Below are positions 28,013 through 37,851 of a DNA stretch of 64,000 nucleotides, piece after piece. The notes under the pieces are model-generated. The model was not told the DNA's origin. It worked only from the letters and a program-made list of their open reading frames with translations, and made no database searches. The position numbers and the translations under genes were made by a program. Position 1 is the stretch's first letter. Each line of letters starts with the position of its first letter. Source of the DNA: Candidatus Poriferihabitaceae bacterium (GTDB lineage Bacteria; Pseudomonadota; Gammaproteobacteria; Arenicellales; Poriferihabitantaceae); contig OZ243941.1 of assembly GCA_965214205.1 (NCBI GenBank), positions 1,132,515-1,196,514 on the forward strand, given 5' to 3'.

Positions 28013-28516
28013 CTACGAAGGGTTGGCGAAACTTTTTTCATACCAGATTTGATAGATTTCATCCGGCCACAGTGAACTGAGCCATACGATAATGGTCAGG
28101 ACCTGATTGCGTGACAGTGTGTCTTTCCAGGGTGGCATGGAGCCGCCCCTTTGCAGGGTTCCGTTCTCGATCATATCCACCAGTACCGGCAGTGGATGAT
28201 GCCAGGTATGCGCGGAGCCGTTCAATGGTGGCGGGGGATATCTCCCGTTCTCATCCCGTACCCTCCAGTCTTCGGCGAGCCCTTGCGCGTTCTGGCCGTG
28301 GCATTCCGCGCAATGATTCTGGAACAGTTGCTTGCCCTGTTGCAGAATCACCGAATCCTCCATTCGCCGGGTCTGTGCAAGCGCATCCGAGGTATGTCCG
28401 CACAAGGCAGCCAGAAACAACACATTGAACAATACAGCCAGTTTGATTTTCCATCCGGCGCGCCGGGTTGATTGGTCTGGTCGGAAAGACTCTGGAGGTA
28501 GTATATTGATGATCAT
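28013..28516 (-). CDS. Monoheme c-type cytochrome (class I-like), exported
   Basis: 167 aa with an N-terminal hydrophobic signal/anchor, a single CAECH haem-binding motif and a downstream Met (GGSMPPW) as probable sixth ligand. Confidence 0.8.
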   Translation of the reverse strand: MIINILPPESFRPDQSTRRAGWKIKLAVLFNVLFLAALCGHTSDALAQTRRMEDSVILQQGKQLFQNHCAECHGQNAQGLAEDWRVRDENGRYPPPPLNGSAHTWHHPLPVLVDMIENGTLQRGGSMPPWKDTLSRNQVLTIIVWLSSLWPDEIYQIWYEKSFANPS

Positions 28517-28670
28517 CTGGCGTCCGCCTGACTATACTTGAACTGAATATAACACAATGTATTATCAGTTGATGTTTCTCGCGGTTGTCAGTGTTCCAGT
28601 CCGATTCTAATGTGATACCATCCGGCCGAACCACGCATCCGCACAAGCTTGTCAAAGGGAGCCGCCCGCC

Positions 28671-29849
28671 ATGAAATTTTCCAGCCTGACTGAACGTATA
28701 TCGGGTGAAAGCGTTGAGGCGTGGGAGGTGCACTACGAAGGGATGGCGCGCAGCGAAGCCGGAGAGGATATTATTGTGTTGAGCGTCGGTCAGGAAACCG
28801 ACGAGGTGACCGAGGATGTCATCGTGGAGTCCGCTGTGGCGAGTTTGAGGAGCGGACGTCATCATTACACCCAGATCCAGGGTACGATGGAGTTGAGAAG
28901 GGCGATTGCGAAACGTCACCACGAACTCACCGGGCAGGCGGTCGATGAGCGTAATTGCGCGGTATTCTCCGGGGCGCAAAACGCCTTGTTCGCTGTTGCC
29001 CAGTGTGTACTCGAATACGGTGACGAGGTCATTTTGATCGAGCCTTACTACACTACCTATCCAGCCACATTCACCGCGTCGGGCGCCACCCTGATGAGTG
29101 TCCCGGTCAGGAGGGAACACAATTTTGAACTGAATCCCGACGACGTGATTGCCGAGGTCACGGACAAGACCCGGGCGATTGTACTGAATTCCCCGAACAA
29201 TCCGGTCGGGGTGGCCTACACTCTGGAGCAATTCAAACCGCTGGTGGAGGTCTGCCGGGAACGGGGCATCTGGTTGATCACGGATGAGGTGTACCAGGAA
29301 TTGCTGCTTCCAAAAGACCGGGCAAGCCCGGCCAGCGCTGCTGGCGCCGACCCGGTTTGCGTCACCGTTTCCAGTCTGTCCAAGTCGCACCGGATGACTG
29401 GCTGGCGTCTGGGCTGGGTCGTCGGCCCGGTCGCGCTGATCGAGAATCTGTATAACCTCTCGGTCTGTATGGCTTATGGTTTGCCGGAGTTCATTCTGGA
29501 TGCCGCGGTGACCGCTTTTGAGTCCGGCGCTCATACGGCGGATCAGGTCCGGAACAACATGGATACCCGGCGCGAGATACTCTATCGGAAACTCGAAAAC
29601 GTGGAGTCCCTGTCGCTTTACAGCGCGTCCGGCGGTATGTATGTGGTGCTGGATATTTCCCGTCTGCCGGTTTCGAGTCGGCAATTCGCCAGGGACATGC
29701 TGGATCGGCATAATGTCGCGGTATTGCCCTGCGATGGATTTGGCGCTACCGGCAAGGGGTTGATTCGGGTCAGTTTATGCGTTCCGGATGACCGGCTTGC
29801 GGTTGCCTGTGAGCGCATCATCGCCTATATCTCCGGATTGACAGGCTGA
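28671..29849 (+). CDS. PLP-dependent aminotransferase, class I/II (aspartate aminotransferase-like)
   Basis: 392 aa with NSPNNPVG and SSLSKSHRMTGWRLGW (PLP lysine region). Confidence 0.85.
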   Translation: MKFSSLTERISGESVEAWEVHYEGMARSEAGEDIIVLSVGQETDEVTEDVIVESAVASLRSGRHHYTQIQGTMELRRAIAKRHHELTGQAVDERNCAVFSGAQNALFAVAQCVLEYGDEVILIEPYYTTYPATFTASGATLMSVPVRREHNFELNPDDVIAEVTDKTRAIVLNSPNNPVGVAYTLEQFKPLVEVCRERGIWLITDEVYQELLLPKDRASPASAAGADPVCVTVSSLSKSHRMTGWRLGWVVGPVALIENLYNLSVCMAYGLPEFILDAAVTAFESGAHTADQVRNNMDTRREILYRKLENVESLSLYSASGGMYVVLDISRLPVSSRQFARDMLDRHNVAVLPCDGFGATGKGLIRVSLCVPDDRLAVACERIIAYISGLTG

Positions 29850-29868
29850 ATTGATGAGGCAGTAAATA

Positions 29869-32298
29869 ATGAAACCTGAAGCGCAGGTAGTCGTAATTGG
29901 CGGTGGTCTGGTGGGTTGTAGCATCCTCTATCATCTGACCAGGCTGGGTTGGCGGGATGTGGTACTGCTTGAACGCGATGAATTGACTTCCGGTTCCACC
30001 TGGCACGCCGCGGCCGGAATACATGGTCTGCACGACAATAACAACGTGTCCAGAATGCAGTACTACACGATGAATCTGTACCGGCAGCTTGAAAAAGAGA
30101 CCGGTCAGTCCTGCGGCATCCATCAACCCGGTTCGATTTATCTGGCCTGTACCCGGGAACGGGTGCATCAACTCCGTATCCAGGCATCCAAGGCCAGCGC
30201 TTTCAATGCGGAGTTTTACGAGATATCGCCGCGCGAAATCCTCGATCTGAATCCGTTGCTGAATCTGGACAATGTGCTGTGTGCGATGTACGAACCTCTC
30301 GGAGGCCATGTCGATCCTTCCGGAGTGACGTATGCTTATGCCCGGGGCGCCCGGAACAACGGCGCCGGCATCCATCGGTTTACCCCGGTTATCGAAACCA
30401 ACCCGAACCCGGATGGAAGCTGGCAGGTGGTTACTCCCAAGGGCAATATTAAAGCCGATGTTGTGGTCAACGCCGCCGGCCTGTGGGGCCGGGAGGTGGC
30501 CGGACTGGCGGGAATCGATCTGCCTTTGATGCCCATGGAGCATCAGTATTTCGTGACCGAAGACATTCCCGAAATTGCCAGCCTGGACCGGGAGCTTCCG
30601 GCGGTGGCTGACCGGGACAATGAATACTATATGCGTCAGGAGGGCAAGGGGCTGCTGGTCGGGGCGTATGAAAAGGATGGACGATTCTGGTCGGAGAACG
30701 GCACGCCCGCCGATTTTGGTCACGATCTCTTACAGGAGGACCTGGATCGTATCGCGGACAATGTCATGCGCGCCTGTGACCGGGTCTCCGCGCTTGCAGA
30801 AGCCGGGATAAAAAGAGTGATCAATGGCCCCATGATCTGGTCACCGGATTCTTCCGCGTTGCTCGGTCCGGTGCGGGGACTGAAAAACTACTACGTCTGC
30901 AACGGCATTATTCCGGGTTTCAGCCAGAGCGCCGGTCTTGGTAAAACCCTGGCTGAATGGATTGTCGAGGGCGAACCGGAGCTGGATATGTTCGCGTGGG
31001 ATGTCGCCCGTTTTGGCCGGTGGGCGACCAAATCCTGGACTCGGGCGCGGGCGCTCGACAACTACAGCTCACGTTTCCGTATCCATTTCCCGAATGAAGA
31101 GCGCGATGCCGGCCGGCCGCTCAGGAAACGCCCCGTCCATGATCTGCAAAAGTCCATGGGCGCCGTATTCGGTCTTTCTTACGGCTGGGAGCATCCCCAA
31201 TGGTATGCGACAGGCGGTGTGCCGCAACAGGACGAGTTCAGTTTCGAGCGGCCCCGATGGTTCGATATCATGGGTCAGGAGGTTCGGTCCCTGAGAGAGT
31301 CCGTGGGGCTGGTCGATACCTCGAATTTCGCCAAGTACCGGATCACCGGGAAAAACGCTGTCGGCTGGCTGGACCGCATCATCGCGAATCATGTGCCCCG
31401 ACAAAACGGGCGGACCTGCCTGACCCCCCTGTTGAGCCTGAGGGCGGGATTGGCCGGAGATTTCACAGTTGCGCGTCTGTCGGACGAGTCGTTGTTCATG
31501 ATTGGGTCGGGCATCGCCGAGGATTACCATCTGCGGATTTTCGAGCGGTTCCTGCCAGCTCCGGGGGTTCACTTCGAGTGCGTGACCGACGCCATGACCG
31601 GATTCAACATTGCCGGGCCCAATGCCAGACAACTGTTCGAGGAGGTCACCGGCTGCGATTTTTCCAATGATTCCCTGGGTTTCATGCGTAACCGGGTGAT
31701 CGAAATCGACGGCTGTCAGGCGATCATATTGCGGGTTTCATTTACCGGGGACCTGGGTTTCGAGATTTATGTCAGCGAAGAAAACCAATTGTGGCTCTAT
31801 CAGTCCATTCTCGACAAGGGCGCCAAGTACGCGATTAGACCGATTGGCTCGCGCGCCCTGGGTTCGATGAGGATCGAGAAAGGTTACGGCAGTTGGGGGC
31901 GCGAATACTCGCCTGAATGGTCCCCGGTGGAATCCGGACTGGCGGCGCTGGTAAAAACCGATAAACCCGCGTTTCTGGGCCGGGACGCTTACCTGGCGAT
32001 TCGGGACCTGCCGCCAAAGCAGAGGCTTTGCTGCTTCACCATCGAATCGTCTCCCGGCCGCGAGGGGGCGGATGCCTGGGGCGGTGAAGCTATTTTCCAG
32101 TCCGGCAGATATGTCGGTCGAATCACTTCAGGATCGTACAGTTTTACATTCAATACCTCGGTGGCGCTGGGCTACGTTGATGCCGCCTTCGCCGTCCCCG
32201 GTGAAAAATTCGAGGTCGCGATACTGGGTATTCCTCATAAAGCCGAGCTGCTCCCCCGGCCGTTGTTCGACCCGAAGGGCGAGAAGCTCAGGGCCTGA
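29869..32298 (+). CDS. FAD-dependent oxidoreductase fused to GcvT-like folate-binding domain (dimethylglycine/sarcosine dehydrogenase family)
   Basis: 809 aa with an N-terminal VVVIGGGLVGCS dinucleotide fold (DAO domain) and a C-terminal ~400-aa aminomethyltransferase-like domain. Confidence 0.85.
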   Translation: MKPEAQVVVIGGGLVGCSILYHLTRLGWRDVVLLERDELTSGSTWHAAAGIHGLHDNNNVSRMQYYTMNLYRQLEKETGQSCGIHQPGSIYLACTRERVHQLRIQASKASAFNAEFYEISPREILDLNPLLNLDNVLCAMYEPLGGHVDPSGVTYAYARGARNNGAGIHRFTPVIETNPNPDGSWQVVTPKGNIKADVVVNAAGLWGREVAGLAGIDLPLMPMEHQYFVTEDIPEIASLDRELPAVADRDNEYYMRQEGKGLLVGAYEKDGRFWSENGTPADFGHDLLQEDLDRIADNVMRACDRVSALAEAGIKRVINGPMIWSPDSSALLGPVRGLKNYYVCNGIIPGFSQSAGLGKTLAEWIVEGEPELDMFAWDVARFGRWATKSWTRARALDNYSSRFRIHFPNEERDAGRPLRKRPVHDLQKSMGAVFGLSYGWEHPQWYATGGVPQQDEFSFERPRWFDIMGQEVRSLRESVGLVDTSNFAKYRITGKNAVGWLDRIIANHVPRQNGRTCLTPLLSLRAGLAGDFTVARLSDESLFMIGSGIAEDYHLRIFERFLPAPGVHFECVTDAMTGFNIAGPNARQLFEEVTGCDFSNDSLGFMRNRVIEIDGCQAIILRVSFTGDLGFEIYVSEENQLWLYQSILDKGAKYAIRPIGSRALGSMRIEKGYGSWGREYSPEWSPVESGLAALVKTDKPAFLGRDAYLAIRDLPPKQRLCCFTIESSPGREGADAWGGEAIFQSGRYVGRITSGSYSFTFNTSVALGYVDAAFAVPGEKFEVAILGIPHKAELLPRPLFDPKGEKLRA

Positions 32299-32322
32299 TT
32301 CAGGTTCCGGTTTCCAGGCGGA

Positions 32323-32871
32323 TCAGACTTTCGCCGCCATCCTGTCGAGCAGGGTATCCGGGTCGGAATGCACCGTATACAGCGCCTGATGTTTGGGTTT
32401 GATGAAACCCTGGCTGACCGTATGGCAGAGGAAATCGTGTAACCGGTCGTAGTATCCGGCCACATTCAAAAGCCCGACCGGTTTCGATTTGCTGTGAATC
32501 TTCAGTTGGGACCAGGTGACGGCCTCGAAAAATTCCTCCAGGGTGCCGAAGCCGCCCGGCAGGGCAATGAATCCATCCGCCAGACTGGCCATTTTCGCTT
32601 TTCGCTGATGCATGTCGTCCATCGTGATCAGTTCGGTCAGGCCGCGATGGGCCACTTCGTCCCTGAACAGGTCTCTGGGAATGACTCCGATGGCTTCGCC
32701 GTTGTTTGCCAGTACCGAGTCCGCTATTTGCCCCATCAGGCCAATGCCGCCGCCGCCGTAAACCAGGCCGATATTGCGCTCGGTCATGGCTCTGGCCAGA
32801 GATTTCGCCGCGTCGCGGTATTCCGGTTGGTTACCGGCTTTGGAACCGCAATATACGCATATTCGTTTCAT
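32323..32871 (-). CDS. LOG-family nucleotide 5'-monophosphate nucleosidase (TIGR00730)
   Basis: 182 aa with GLVYGGGGIGLMG and ALPGGFGTLEEFFE motifs. Confidence 0.85.
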   Translation of the reverse strand: MKRICVYCGSKAGNQPEYRDAAKSLARAMTERNIGLVYGGGGIGLMGQIADSVLANNGEAIGVIPRDLFRDEVAHRGLTELITMDDMHQRKAKMASLADGFIALPGGFGTLEEFFEAVTWSQLKIHSKSKPVGLLNVAGYYDRLHDFLCHTVSQGFIKPKHQALYTVHSDPDTLLDRMAAKV

Positions 32872-33033
32872 TCGCTGTCTGATGGATCGAGATTATCGGG
32901 GTCGGCAAACGGTCGGAATGCCGGGAGCGATTGCTGAAGCGAGTATAGCTGAAATCATTTCTTTTATTTTACAATCTGTCTGATAATCCTCCGTCTGAAA
33001 TTCAGGCATATTCAACTCCAACCGGAAATCATT

Positions 33034-33999
33034 ATGAAGAAAATCGGTTTTATCGGCCTCGGAAATGTCGGTGGCAAACTGGCGGGAAGTTTATTGAGAA
33101 ACGGCGTTGATCTGACGGTCCGGGACCTGGATCGAAGCGCGGCGCAACCGTTCCTCGATGACGGCGCAAAATGGGGGGAAAGTCCACGACAGATGGCCGA
33201 GAGTGTGGATATCCTGATTACCTGCCTGCCGAATCCCGCGGCCAGCGCCGCGGTGATGGAAGCGGATGACGGCGCCTTGCAGGGTCTCGGCAAGGGCCGG
33301 ATATGGGCGGAAATGAGCACCACGGATCAATCCGAGGTATGCCGACTGGGCGCCCAGGTAAAGGCCGTTGGCGCCGAGGCGGTGGATTGTCCGGTTTCGG
33401 GGGGCTGCCATCGCGCGGCATCCGGCAACATTTCGATATTCGCGGGTTGCGAGCGCGATACATTCGAGCGAATCCTGCCTCTGCTTACCACGATGGGGCG
33501 GCGCATCCTGCATACCGGCCCGCTTGGTTCGGCCTCGGTCCTGAAAGTGGTGACCAATTATCTGGCTACCGCCAATCTGTTGTCTGTTTGCGAGGCCCTG
33601 ATTACGTCGAAGGCGGCGGGAATGGACCTGAACACGACGTATGAGGCGATCCGGATTTCCTCCGGAAATTCTTTCGTCCACGAAACCGAAGGCCAGGTTA
33701 TCCTGAACGGCAGCCGGGACATCAGTTTTACGATGGGGCTGGTCTGCAAGGATATCGGGCTGTTCAACGAGATTGCCAAACGAGAAAACATCCCGTTGCA
33801 ACTGTCTCCATTGATGGTGGACATTTTTGAGGACGGCCAGGCGCGGTACGGCGCCCGCGAACTGTCCCCCAATATCATTCGACGCCTCGAAGACGCCACC
33901 GGAATCAACGTCACCGCGCCGGGATTCCCGTCGGAAATGCTGGATGATGAGCCGGAAGAACCCGGTTATGAAGTGCGGGTGGCGACGCCTGATTCGTAA
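33034..33999 (+). CDS. NAD(P)-dependent oxidoreductase, 3-hydroxyisobutyrate dehydrogenase (beta-hydroxyacid DH) family
   Basis: 321 aa with IGFIGLGNVGGKLA Rossmann start and the VDCPVSGG motif. Ends in an acidic C-terminal tail. Confidence 0.85.
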   Translation: MKKIGFIGLGNVGGKLAGSLLRNGVDLTVRDLDRSAAQPFLDDGAKWGESPRQMAESVDILITCLPNPAASAAVMEADDGALQGLGKGRIWAEMSTTDQSEVCRLGAQVKAVGAEAVDCPVSGGCHRAASGNISIFAGCERDTFERILPLLTTMGRRILHTGPLGSASVLKVVTNYLATANLLSVCEALITSKAAGMDLNTTYEAIRISSGNSFVHETEGQVILNGSRDISFTMGLVCKDIGLFNEIAKRENIPLQLSPLMVDIFEDGQARYGARELSPNIIRRLEDATGINVTAPGFPSEMLDDEPEEPGYEVRVATPDS

Positions 34000-34025
34000 A
34001 TTCTGTTGCGGCCGGATTGCGACAA

Positions 34026-36686
34026 CTAAAAATGCAGGGACACATCACGATGTACGGAGCGACAGGCGGCTATCTGTTTGGCTCGGGCTTTTGTGAAACG
34101 GGGTTGCAAGCGGGCGCCTATGGAGCTTTTTATCGTGTTGTCGTAGTCTCGAAGCGCGGGCAGCAATGAGGATGCCTGATCTCTCCATTCGAGTTCTTGC
34201 GCAAACAGCGACAGGGCTTGCGCGTGATGCTGTTTTGCGGATTCGATATCCGGATTGTCTCCTTTCAACGCGCGCCTCGATTTCGAAAGCTGCGATTTGA
34301 TTTTGGAAACGCCGTCGAAATCGCCAAGCCGCGATTCGACCGATGTGATGGCTGCAATCGCTATGGCCGCCCGCTCGTTTTCGATTGATGAAGCCAGGTT
34401 CCGGATGGCGTTTTCCGTACCGGCCAGTTGCGTTTTCTGATCAAGCAGCCGCAACAGTTTTTGCAACGGTTCATAAGCTTCATCCGAGTTGCGGCGATAA
34501 TGGACTCTCGCGCTCTTTTCCGCTTTCGCGAGGTCCTTGTACTTTTGATTTTCCACCGGCCAGTCTGGCGGCAGACGGTCTTCCAGCATTTTACGTTCGA
34601 GTTCAAGTTCAGCCATTTCCGATTCAATGGATTCCAGCCGCTCGGGCTTGGCGTTGGCATTCCGTGACCATTGTCGGTGGTCGTCCTGCAGGGATTTCAT
34701 GCGGTCGTCAATACTCTGGATTCGAATGTTGAGTTGGCGCACTTCGCTGTGCAATGGCTTGTAATCCACTACAAACATCTCCAGGTCCGCCCCTGTCTCC
34801 CGTACATTCTTCACCAGATCGAAGGTATTTCCCGCCAGCCCGAAACTGTCGGTCAGGGAGTCCTGCCAGTCATCCGGCAGGGCGCGTAAATCCATCCCGC
34901 CAATCAGCGCCAGACCATCGAGTATTTCCGTTTCGCGTTCGTCGTATTCCCGGAAAACCTGTTCTTCGAGACAGTATTGCAACTTCGGGTTGACCGGAGG
35001 CGGCGCTGTTTCAGAGGTGAGGTAGGTGCGGGCCGGCATATAGTTGACCAGGCCGGGAGAGTAGCCGACGATGGCGAGTCCGACCAGTTGCAGTATGATG
35101 AACGCGACCGCGCCTTTATAGATCGCCGTGGTCTTGACAGTCGGTGGCGCCACGCCTCTCAGGTAAAACAGGGCAAAGCCGAACGGGGGGGTCAGGAAAG
35201 AGGTCTGAATGTTCAAGCCGATCATCACGCCCAGCCAGACCGCGGTGACATTGGCGGACGGTTCGGCCAACAGGATGGGCGCCACGATAGGAACAACGAC
35301 TACCGCGATTTCGATGAAGTCCAGGAAGAATCCAAGCAGGAATATGACCAGCATAACCACCAGGAACTGGGTCCAGAATCCGCCCGGCAATCCGGTCAGG
35401 AATTCCCGCACCAGATGCTCTCCTCCAAACCCCCGGAACGCCGCCGTCAGCATGGCCGCGCCGATCAGGATGATAAATACCATGGAGGTGGTCTTGGCGG
35501 TGTCGATCATCACACTGACCAGTGTGTCGTTTATTTTCCAGGTTCTCCAGGCGCTCCAGACCACGGCTCCGAGGCAGAAGATGACCGCGATGACCGCCAG
35601 AATAATGCCGAACTGATCTCTTCGATTAGTTATATTCTTTACATTGAGATCAAACAATTGCAGCAGGACCAGAAGACTCAAGGCGGAACCGATGAAAATA
35701 ATTAACGGCGTGTATCTGTTCGCGGGATCGTCCTTCAGCCGGTATCCGCCCATAACAATCGCGCCCACCGCGCCAATCGCGCCGGCCTGATTGACCGTAG
35801 CCACGCCGGTCACAATGGAACCGAGTACCGCAAAAATCAGAAAAAGGGGCGGCGCCAGGGAAATGGCGACCTTGCCGAAGAATTTCCGATCATATTCCCC
35901 ATCGTAGGGAATCGGCGGCGCCGTACCGGGCTTCAGGATTGCCTTGGCCAGAATGTACAACATGTACAACCCGACCAGAATCAGGCCGGGGATGAGCGCC
36001 CCCATGAACATATCCCCGGCGCTGGCCGAGACAATATCGAGTTCGGCGGGCATCGAAAATTCACCGGTCGCCTTTTTGTATTCTTGGGCTCTCAGGGTTC
36101 TTGCCTGGTCCGCCGCGTTGGCCAACTGGTCGGCCAGGATGATCAGTACAATCGAGGGGGGGATGATTTGTCCGAGGGTGCCTGAAGCGCAAATGGTTCC
36201 GGTGGCTATTGGCTGCGAGTAATTGTTGCGCAGCATGGCCGGCAATGAGATGAGTCCCATCGCAATCACGGTGGCGCCCAGAATGCCGGTTGTCGCAGCC
36301 AGCAACGCTCCAACGAAAACCACGGAAATTCCCAACCCGCCGGGCACCGGCCCGAATAATTGGGCCATCGCCACCAGCAGGTCTTCGGCGATTTTGGAGC
36401 GCTGCAGCATGATTCCCATGAACACGAATAAGGGAATTGCGATCAGCGTATCGCGCTCAACCTCCCAGTACAGGCTGCGAAAATTGGTCACTCCCGCTGT
36501 CAGCCACTGTACCGGGCCATCCTGGGCGAAATAGGCGCCCGGGTCTCCCGCGAACAGGTAACCGAAAATCGCGGCAAGACCAATCGCTCCAATGGCAGAG
36601 CCGGGCAAGGCGAAAGCCACCGGGAATCCCGAGCTCAATGAAATGATCATCAGGAGGATGAGAACTCCCAGGAAAACCAGTTCCAC
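34026..36686 (-). CDS. dctM: TRAP transporter large permease (DctM, COG4664-type) with 330-aa soluble C-terminal extension
   Basis: 886 aa with GTG start. Residues 1-~556 are a polytopic DctM core (FVFMGIMLQRS, GQIIPPSIVLII, TPPFGFALFYLRG). Residues ~557-886 (34029-35018) have no hydrophobic segment and are E/R/K/L/Q-rich. Confidence 0.85.
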   Translation of the reverse strand: MELVFLGVLILLMIISLSSGFPVAFALPGSAIGAIGLAAIFGYLFAGDPGAYFAQDGPVQWLTAGVTNFRSLYWEVERDTLIAIPLFVFMGIMLQRSKIAEDLLVAMAQLFGPVPGGLGISVVFVGALLAATTGILGATVIAMGLISLPAMLRNNYSQPIATGTICASGTLGQIIPPSIVLIILADQLANAADQARTLRAQEYKKATGEFSMPAELDIVSASAGDMFMGALIPGLILVGLYMLYILAKAILKPGTAPPIPYDGEYDRKFFGKVAISLAPPLFLIFAVLGSIVTGVATVNQAGAIGAVGAIVMGGYRLKDDPANRYTPLIIFIGSALSLLVLLQLFDLNVKNITNRRDQFGIILAVIAVIFCLGAVVWSAWRTWKINDTLVSVMIDTAKTTSMVFIILIGAAMLTAAFRGFGGEHLVREFLTGLPGGFWTQFLVVMLVIFLLGFFLDFIEIAVVVVPIVAPILLAEPSANVTAVWLGVMIGLNIQTSFLTPPFGFALFYLRGVAPPTVKTTAIYKGAVAFIILQLVGLAIVGYSPGLVNYMPARTYLTSETAPPPVNPKLQYCLEEQVFREYDERETEILDGLALIGGMDLRALPDDWQDSLTDSFGLAGNTFDLVKNVRETGADLEMFVVDYKPLHSEVRQLNIRIQSIDDRMKSLQDDHRQWSRNANAKPERLESIESEMAELELERKMLEDRLPPDWPVENQKYKDLAKAEKSARVHYRRNSDEAYEPLQKLLRLLDQKTQLAGTENAIRNLASSIENERAAIAIAAITSVESRLGDFDGVSKIKSQLSKSRRALKGDNPDIESAKQHHAQALSLFAQELEWRDQASSLLPALRDYDNTIKSSIGARLQPRFTKARAKQIAACRSVHRDVSLHF

Positions 36687-37720
36687 TATGCGGGCTCCCC
36701 TGTGGTCACGGCTTCCTCCCGGCTACTGTTCTGGTAAACGGAAATATTGGACAGCGTGAAACTGATAAACTGAACGGCCATGCTGACGGCGAATATCAGC
36801 AGGTAAGCGGCCATCAGATACTTGGTATACATACCGAACCCGCTTTGGGAGATTTCAAAGCTGAGCAGCGGGCTATTTATGATGCTGCCTTTCCCCGACA
36901 TGCCCTGGATCAGAATATTCCAGCAAAGCGGCAGTCCCAGCAAGAGGGAGCCCAGCGAGTTGGTCAGCGCCTTGCCACGTTCGCTGAAGTTGGCGTAAAG
37001 CACATCGACCCGGACATGCCCATCCTTGACCAGTGTATAGGCGCTGGCGAACAGGAACAGGCCGGCATACCAGAATCGCACCAGATCCCCCATGAATGCC
37101 TGCTCATAAGAAAAGACAAAGCGGGTAATCACGATCAGGAATTCCGCCGCGACAATCAGCAGGGCCAGCCAGATGAATCCCAGTGTCCGGGTAAAGCTGG
37201 CGATGACAATGGAGAGCAGGATTAATGGAAAGTGGATATAACTGCCTCGAAAAATGGGACGCCCCAACTGGATGGTTAAATATTCTCCTGCGATCGCGGG
37301 TAAAAATCCTTCAACCCTTACAAATGAAATCAGCATATCAGCCAGGCCAACCAGGAACACCGCCCAGAATGCGGCCCGGACGATGAATGCGGAAATGCGG
37401 TTGTACAGTTCGGCGTCCTCGTCCAGTTTCCGCGCGCGGGTTTTGAGGACCAGAGAGAGGATGCCCACAATCGTGACCAGTGAAGCGACAAGCTGTATCC
37501 AGCCCCGGATCACATCGGAGCCGGTCAGTTCCCGGACAGAGCCCTCTGCGCCGAATAATCCGAGGTGAGAGAGGAAGGCCCGTGTTCCCGGCCACTTGAA
37601 CCAGTGGATCAACGTGTTGTCAATCAGAAACAGGAACAACGCAACAATCATGGACGCGGCCAGCGCCCGAAACCCGATGTTCAGACTAAATAGCGGATGT
37701 GAAGAATGAGAGTTCTTCAC
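36686..37720 (-). CDS. dctQ: TRAP transporter small permease (DctQ, COG4665-type), double-length
   Basis: 344 aa. The C-terminal half carries the DctQ signature (DGHVRVDVLYANFSERGKA), preceded by ~170 aa with extra TM segments. Its stop overlaps the dctM GTG by 1 nt. Confidence 0.75.
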   Translation of the reverse strand: MKNSHSSHPLFSLNIGFRALAASMIVALFLFLIDNTLIHWFKWPGTRAFLSHLGLFGAEGSVRELTGSDVIRGWIQLVASLVTIVGILSLVLKTRARKLDEDAELYNRISAFIVRAAFWAVFLVGLADMLISFVRVEGFLPAIAGEYLTIQLGRPIFRGSYIHFPLILLSIVIASFTRTLGFIWLALLIVAAEFLIVITRFVFSYEQAFMGDLVRFWYAGLFLFASAYTLVKDGHVRVDVLYANFSERGKALTNSLGSLLLGLPLCWNILIQGMSGKGSIINSPLLSFEISQSGFGMYTKYLMAAYLLIFAVSMAVQFISFTLSNISVYQNSSREEAVTTGEPA

Positions 37721-37851
37721 AATTAACGAAAAATGGAGTTGTGCACTTCGGAGCCTGTGATCAAATCCGGGCGAAGTGGATCAGGGCGGCCCGTGTTGCA
37801 AACAGGAAACGGAGCATACACTCCGTTTCCTGTGGCCGGAGCCGAAATTTG

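Noticed and set aside
28251-29711. 486-aa minus-strand ORF, one of the longest unexplained ORFs in the track
   Set aside because: It lies antisense to the well-supported aminotransferase gene and overlaps the cytochrome c gene. Its translation is R/G/P/H-rich with no recognisable motif, as is typical of shadow ORFs in GC-rich DNA.
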